Origin: Candidatus Bathyarchaeia archaeon
Lineage (GTDB): Archaea; Thermoproteota; Bathyarchaeia; Bathyarchaeales; Bathycorpusculaceae
Direction of reading: 5' to 3'
DNA: 64,000 nucleotides
Assembly (NCBI GenBank): GCA_050012755.1
Contig: JBEKGO010000002.1
Span: 96,735 to 160,734 of the forward strand
The notes beneath the pieces are model-generated. The model worked only from the letters and a program-made list of their open reading frames with translations. It had not been told where the DNA came from and searched no databases. Of the stretch, positions 59,155 to 64,000 are shown one piece after another. Position numbers and translations under genes: made by a program. Every line of letters begins with the position of its first letter. Positions within the stretch are counted from its first letter, which is position 1.

Positions 59155-60366
59155 TCAGCTACCGCTTACTTCTTTGAGCAGTTTATCCATCGCAGTCACA
59201 GATGCATTGGTTCTGACGCCTCGAGTGTTAAAATGAGTCTGAACCGCTTGAAATCCATTCTTGCAAAGTGTATTTATGAAGAATAGTATTGAGGATGAAG
59301 GCAATCCCAGTTTTCCACTTAACTTATCAACAATAAAATAAGTTATTGGGGCGCAGGCTTCCTCTTTGGTCAGATTGAGGAGTTTTGTAATTCTAACGCT
59401 GTTCTTGAAAGCCACTGACTTGTTTTCTTTAACCATTGACTCAATGAAAGTTTGATCAAAGATGTTTCCAAGCCAGAGTGGTCCTGCCCAATCCATTTTT
59501 GAGCCGCATTCAGGGCATTGCAGATTGCTGAAGGGTTGATGTGTAGTTTCTCGGTGCAAACAGTTGAAGCAATGCAGGATGTACCCGAGGGTTTTGATGC
59601 TTTCATCTGCCTTCTTGGCGCCATATGCTACTTGGGTGTAAACTCGAATGTAGTGTTCGCTGCTATGGCTGAAAAGAACTCTTATGGCGATATCATGTTT
59701 TGCGGCTATGGTTGCTTCGCAGCCTGCTAAGAGTCGAACAGCGAGTTCATGGCAATATTCTGTGCGTAATGGTCTGCCGCCGTATTTTCGAATGCAGGCT
59801 TTAGCGTGGACTCCACAAAGAGGGGCAAGGTCTGTTGCTGTTGAAGCCAACAAGCCGTTGTTTTTGATTGCTCGAAAGGCTGAGTCTAAGTATGGTACTG
59901 GAGTACCAAACGGGTCAACATCGATAATGTCAAATCTTTTCGGAGGTGAGGTATTGCAGCTCAAAACAGCGTTTGCATCCCTGTGCTTAACTGCAATTTT
60001 ATCTTTTAATTCATTGAGTTCAACGTTATGCTTTGCCAATTTGTATGCTCGCTCGTTAATATCGTTTATTAGCACTCTCTTAACGCCTTCAATCTCAGCG
60101 GCGAAACGCAATCCCCGGATGCCTTGGCTAGTTAGGGGGTCGCAGATCGAGATTTCATGGTTAACCATGCGTTGGTAGGCTTGGAACGCTAAAACGGTTA
60201 TGTCGCGGTTGAACTCCATGACGGGGTTGTAGAACACTGGAGCTCGTGAAGGCGCGTAATCGGATGGGATGACGCCGTAGGCTTCGAGTTTGGGCACTAG
60301 CACTTGCACTTTTCCTTCCCTGATTATTTCGCTTGGAAAATCAGTCTCATACTTCTCTTTTGCCAT
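59155..60366 (-). CDS. trm1: tRNA (guanine26-N2)-dimethyltransferase
   Basis: VFYNPVMEFNRD, GIRGLR, DVDPFGTP, GPLWLG. Confidence 0.95.
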   Translation of the reverse strand: MAKEKYETDFPSEIIREGKVQVLVPKLEAYGVIPSDYAPSRAPVFYNPVMEFNRDITVLAFQAYQRMVNHEISICDPLTSQGIRGLRFAAEIEGVKRVLINDINERAYKLAKHNVELNELKDKIAVKHRDANAVLSCNTSPPKRFDIIDVDPFGTPVPYLDSAFRAIKNNGLLASTATDLAPLCGVHAKACIRKYGGRPLRTEYCHELAVRLLAGCEATIAAKHDIAIRVLFSHSSEHYIRVYTQVAYGAKKADESIKTLGYILHCFNCLHRETTHQPFSNLQCPECGSKMDWAGPLWLGNIFDQTFIESMVKENKSVAFKNSVRITKLLNLTKEEACAPITYFIVDKLSGKLGLPSSSILFFINTLCKNGFQAVQTHFNTRGVRTNASVTAMDKLLKEVSGS

Positions 60367-60436
60367 TCGGTGCGCTCCAGCGGTTTTGTTTATGAAAAGA
60401 ATTTTATCGGCATATTAGACTTCTGGTATAAGTGGT

Positions 60437-60991
60437 GTGAATCGTTTGCAGAAGCGGGTTTTGCTGCTAACTGGTGCTCCAGGTGTTGGAAAAACAACTG
60501 TGCTTGTCAAGATAGTGGACGCTCTCAAGGAGAAGGACATCAGCATTGGCGGTATGATTAGCCGAGAAGCTAGAGAAGACAACGCTCGAGTTGGCTTTGA
60601 AATCATAGACTTAACCAGCAACAAACACGGGTGGCTAGCACATGTCAACCACCAAGGTGGTCCGCAAGTCGGCAAATACCACGTAAACCTCCAAGACCTC
60701 GAAGGTATAGGCGCAAAAGCAATCATGGAAGCAACAGAAAAATGCGATGTTGTCACCATCGATGAAATTGGTCCTATGGAATTGTTCTCTCAAAAATTCA
60801 AACAAGCAGTAGTGCAGGCATTGAAGAGCAAAAAAATCGTTTTAGCTGTGGTTCATGCAAAAGCTCAAGACTGGCTGATAACCCAGGCAAAAGAAAGAGA
60901 AGATGCCGAAATTTTCACGGTTACTCTAACAAATCGGAATAGCTTGCCTCAATCGCTAACAAACCAAGCGACTGTTACCCTCAACAGGTAA
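60437..60991 (+). CDS. NTPase (THEP1/NTPase_1 family)
   Basis: GAPGVGKTT, RVGFEI, IDEIGPME. Confidence 0.92.
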   Translation: MNRLQKRVLLLTGAPGVGKTTVLVKIVDALKEKDISIGGMISREAREDNARVGFEIIDLTSNKHGWLAHVNHQGGPQVGKYHVNLQDLEGIGAKAIMEATEKCDVVTIDEIGPMELFSQKFKQAVVQALKSKKIVLAVVHAKAQDWLITQAKEREDAEIFTVTLTNRNSLPQSLTNQATVTLNR

Positions 60992-61349
60992 CATGAATTA
61001 TCGCTACGAATTTTCTCTTTTCGTTCTCTATTTTATTGATTATTTCAAGAGTGGAAGCGATCATTGCATTATGTTTTTTCAATATTTCAACGGCTTCTGG
61101 CGTAATAGGCAGAGCACGATCATGTCCTGTTCCAATATAGAGGGCATCAAACTTTTCCTGCGGCAGAAAATCAAGTTCGCGTTCTGAAAGCGGTGTATGA
61201 CCGTATTCTGGTTCTAGGTCTTTTGATTTCTTTTTTTCCCTTTTCGTTATTGAGCCGTCTGAATGGATTATGATGTCTTTTTCGTATTTTTTTCCGTCAA
61301 CTTTTATCCAGCCAAACTTGGCTTTCAAAGAAATATTTTTCATAAACAT
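60981..61349 (-). CDS. Mth938-like domain protein
   Basis: FGWIKVDG, YIGTG, C-terminal IHVTC. Confidence 0.85.
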   Translation of the reverse strand: MFMKNISLKAKFGWIKVDGKKYEKDIIIHSDGSITKREKKKSKDLEPEYGHTPLSERELDFLPQEKFDALYIGTGHDRALPITPEAVEILKKHNAMIASTLEIINKIENEKRKFVAIIHVTC

Positions 61350-61408
61350 TCACATATACAAAGTGAACTCTCCAATTTGGGTGTTATGAACAACCGTTTG
61401 CTAATCGA

Positions 61409-61696
61409 CTATTGTTTTTTGGATTTTGTCTTCCGCTTTGCAATTTGGGGTTTTGAAGGTTCGTCCCAATACTTATCAAATTCTTCCGGCGCCATGATGT
61501 CTAAGCTTTTTAGTTGCTGGCTAAAAGCATCAAGCGCACATGGGTTGTTGAGATGTGCACGGTAGACTTCAATTAGAAGGTTAATTGCCATTGACTGAGA
61601 AATCGGTTTTTTCGCCATCAACGTTAATTCTTCAGCGGTCTTTGCTAATTCGTCACTGATTTTTTCGGGTAGACTGAGGGTTTTCATATTAATCAC
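61409..61696 (-). CDS. Small hypothetical protein (possible ribbon-helix-helix)
   Basis: KTLSLPEKISDEL...ISQSMAINLL; coupled to the flavodoxin gene. Confidence 0.55.
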   Translation of the reverse strand: MINMKTLSLPEKISDELAKTAEELTLMAKKPISQSMAINLLIEVYRAHLNNPCALDAFSQQLKSLDIMAPEEFDKYWDEPSKPQIAKRKTKSKKQ

Positions 61697-62237
61697 TACA
61701 GGCTTTCGCTAATTGCTGCGCCTTATTCTTGAGTTTATCTAACTCTTTTGTTGTAGGCTTTCCTCTAATGTCGCCCAGCTTGCCCTTTGTGCTTAGGTCT
61801 TCTCTGCCATGAAACTCACTTGGAACATACCATTCAGCGATCACGTTAAAGCCGAAATGCTCAAAGTATTGCCGCATTGTTTTCCCCGCTGGAGTTGCTT
61901 CATCAATCCCTGTATGTGGACCTGAGTAGGTACAGAAGATTAATGCGTTTTTGCCCTCTACTTTAGGCGCGCAAGGCTTGATTTTTCCTTGGTTTCGATA
62001 ATAATTCAGTTTAGCCTTAAGCAAATCAGCCATGGGTTTAGCTGGTTGCCACTCAATCGATGGAGAACCAACACAAACCAAATCATAATTGAAAAAGTCA
62101 ACCTCAGCGGCTTCCTGAGGCTTTTTCAAATCAACTTTGAAACCTGCATCTTGCAAGCCGTCTTTGATTGCGTTGGCGACTTTCTCTGTGTTTCCCGTAT
62201 TAGAACAATAAATTATTAACGCTGGCTTCATTTTCAT
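61689..62237 (-). CDS. Flavodoxin-family protein
   Basis: YCSNTGNTEKVA, DLVCVGSP. Confidence 0.85.
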   Translation of the reverse strand: MKMKPALIIYCSNTGNTEKVANAIKDGLQDAGFKVDLKKPQEAAEVDFFNYDLVCVGSPSIEWQPAKPMADLLKAKLNYYRNQGKIKPCAPKVEGKNALIFCTYSGPHTGIDEATPAGKTMRQYFEHFGFNVIAEWYVPSEFHGREDLSTKGKLGDIRGKPTTKELDKLKNKAQQLAKACSD

Positions 62238-62336
62238 AACTCCTAACTAATTACTTTATAAATGAAAATATTAAAGCGTTCCAAGCTCATTCAAAGTATA
62301 AATAGCATTCAAGCCATAGTTAGAATCAAGTTTTAG

Positions 62337-63584
62337 GTGACTTCTGTGAGAATAGGATTCTTCGTCTATGAATATCCCCCTCAACTCGTCGGTGGGTTAG
62401 GCACCTACGCAGAATACATAGCCCACGAATATGTTGATATCGGACATGATGTTTCAGTTTTCACACTAAACAACAATGGACTAAAAACAAGAGAAATCCT
62501 GCAAGGCGTTGAAGTACATAGGCCCCTGATAGCTGATGCAAGCAACGTCTGGCCCTTTTTTGTAGTAGATGACCTAAAAAAATGGGGTACAAACATCAAA
62601 CTCTTTAACGATATCTTCATCTATAACATCCTAAGCGCTACAAAATTTATCAATGGCTTAATTGCAAAGGAAAAATATAATTTTGACGTCGTCTGCGTCC
62701 ACGACTGGCTCAGCAGCGTCGCAGGCTTAGTTATCAAGAATGAAACTAAGATACCTGTAATTTTCCATACACATAGTACTGAATGGGGAAGAAGCGGCGG
62801 CCAAGGCTCCGAAGTTGTTTCCCATTTAGAAAGGGCTATGGCTCAGAACGCAGACAAAATAATAACAGTGAGCTATGCAATGCAGGAAGACCTGACAAAA
62901 CATGGTTGGGAGCAGTCGAAAATCAGCGTTGTTTGGAATGGTGTGGACGCTGAAACGTATAACCCGCAAAAAGTAGAAAAAGAAGATATTGTTGCAATCA
63001 GAAAAAAATATGGCATACCTGATGGCTGGAGCATGCTGCTTTTTGTGGGGAGACTTGCTTGGGTAAAAGGTGTGCGGAATTTGTTGCAGGCGATGCCTCT
63101 TGTTCTTAAAGAGAACCCGAATACTAAATTGGTTATTTTAGGCAAAGGTGAAGAGCAAGGTGACATAGAAGAAACAGCTGAGCGACTAAATATCAAGGAT
63201 AAGATTGTTTACCGCTTTGATTTTGTGTCTGAGAAAGAACGAATTGTCCATTATGCTGCTTCGGATGTATGTGTTTTTCCATCGATTTATGAGCCCTTCG
63301 GAATTGTAAGTTTAGAGGCGATGGCTATGGAGAAACCCGTCGTGGTTGGTGCAAGAGGCGTAGTCGGTTTTAAAGAGCAAGTGGTTAATGGCGGTCCCGA
63401 CCAAACAGGAATACACATTAACGGTGAAGACCCCGCGGATATAGCTTGGGGCATAAATGAGACGCTTCGTGACCCAGAGAAAGCCAAAAACTGGGGCGAA
63501 AACGGCAGACTTAGGGTGCTGGAATACTTTACGTGGCGAAAAGTAGCAGAGCAAACGAGCAAAATCTACGAGTCACTAATCTAA
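62337..63584 (+). CDS. GT4 glycosyltransferase (glycogen synthase-like)
   Basis: EYPP..VGGLG, HDW, HSTE, VGRL, EPFGIVSLEAMA. Confidence 0.9.
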   Translation: MTSVRIGFFVYEYPPQLVGGLGTYAEYIAHEYVDIGHDVSVFTLNNNGLKTREILQGVEVHRPLIADASNVWPFFVVDDLKKWGTNIKLFNDIFIYNILSATKFINGLIAKEKYNFDVVCVHDWLSSVAGLVIKNETKIPVIFHTHSTEWGRSGGQGSEVVSHLERAMAQNADKIITVSYAMQEDLTKHGWEQSKISVVWNGVDAETYNPQKVEKEDIVAIRKKYGIPDGWSMLLFVGRLAWVKGVRNLLQAMPLVLKENPNTKLVILGKGEEQGDIEETAERLNIKDKIVYRFDFVSEKERIVHYAASDVCVFPSIYEPFGIVSLEAMAMEKPVVVGARGVVGFKEQVVNGGPDQTGIHINGEDPADIAWGINETLRDPEKAKNWGENGRLRVLEYFTWRKVAEQTSKIYESLI

Positions 63585-63688
63585 AGTCCAAAACTTGATA
63601 TCTAAACAAACGTGAAGAAAGATTTTAGGTGGAGAGAAGAGGGTACATTATTTGTTTGATGGTTCAAATAGTAAAAAGAGCGGAGTGT

Positions 63689-64000
63689 CTATGTTGCAAG
63701 CATATCAGCGACTTGCAGCAACCTTAAGTCAATCGGCTTTTTACCGTTGGCTGCTGTCTCAAGATCATAACCAGCAATTACACCGTTCCGCAGCCCAACC
63801 GCCATATTGCCTTTTCCCTGAAAGATTAAATCAACAGCTTTCTCCGCAAACAAACTGGCAAGTAACCGGCTACGTGCCGTTGGACTCCCACCTCGCTGGG
63901 CATACCCAAGAATCGATAGCCTAACTTCCGATTCTGTTTGCTGTTGCATTTCCAAGGCAAGTTTGTTTGTGTTGCCACAGCCCTCAGCCGCAACTATTAT
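63689..64000 (-). CDS. pfkA: 6-phosphofructokinase (PfkA family), C-terminal fragment
   Basis: IIVAAEG...RLSILGYAQRGGSPTA; the gene runs off the window end. Confidence 0.8.
   Translation of the reverse strand: MIVAAEGCGNTNKLALEMQQQTESEVRLSILGYAQRGGSPTARSRLLASLFAEKAVDLIFQGKGNMAVGLRNGVIAGYDLETAANGKKPIDLRLLQVADMLAT

Overview
Archaeal chromosomal window, inferred to be Bathyarchaeia/TACK-like from GGTGA-type SD sites, frequent TTG starts, a PolB3-type polymerase, archaeal DnaG, aIF-1A/aIF-2beta and a class II HMG-CoA reductase. The first ~12 kb hold a type IV pilus-like operon: ATPase, TadC/FlaJ-like platform, four pilin-like proteins (three with almost no leader peptide), a 1403-aa pilin-anchored repeat adhesin, and a further secreted protein cut by the window edge. 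Most of the rest is housekeeping: rio1-dim2-aIF1A, uppS, ychF, pyrH, lysC, proC, trm1, tRNA-Ala(CGC) and the end of pfkA. Less ordinary signals: (1) dnaG has no ATG/GTG/TTG start and probably starts at ACG; (2) PolB has lost its proofreading carboxylates; (3) a NurA-HerA pair without mre11/rad50 in the window sits opposite a wHTH gene across two perfect inverted repeats; (4) a DtxR/MntR gene is next to an ABC-2 exporter preceded by two tandem TTAGG-N4-CCTAA boxes; (5) a PadR promoter has five GATATC-like hexamers spaced exactly 12 bp apart; (6) a motif repeated every ~270 bp precedes small ORFs and is followed by 10-bp phased repeats; (7) a 100-nt G.U-containing hairpin lies between a ParB-like gene and dnaG; (8) an SdhA/SdhB deletion chimera; (9) DCD-like and p24/GOLD-like proteins; (10) four zinc-finger microproteins missed by the ORF track. 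All calls come from reading the sequence and recalling motifs; no searches were run.
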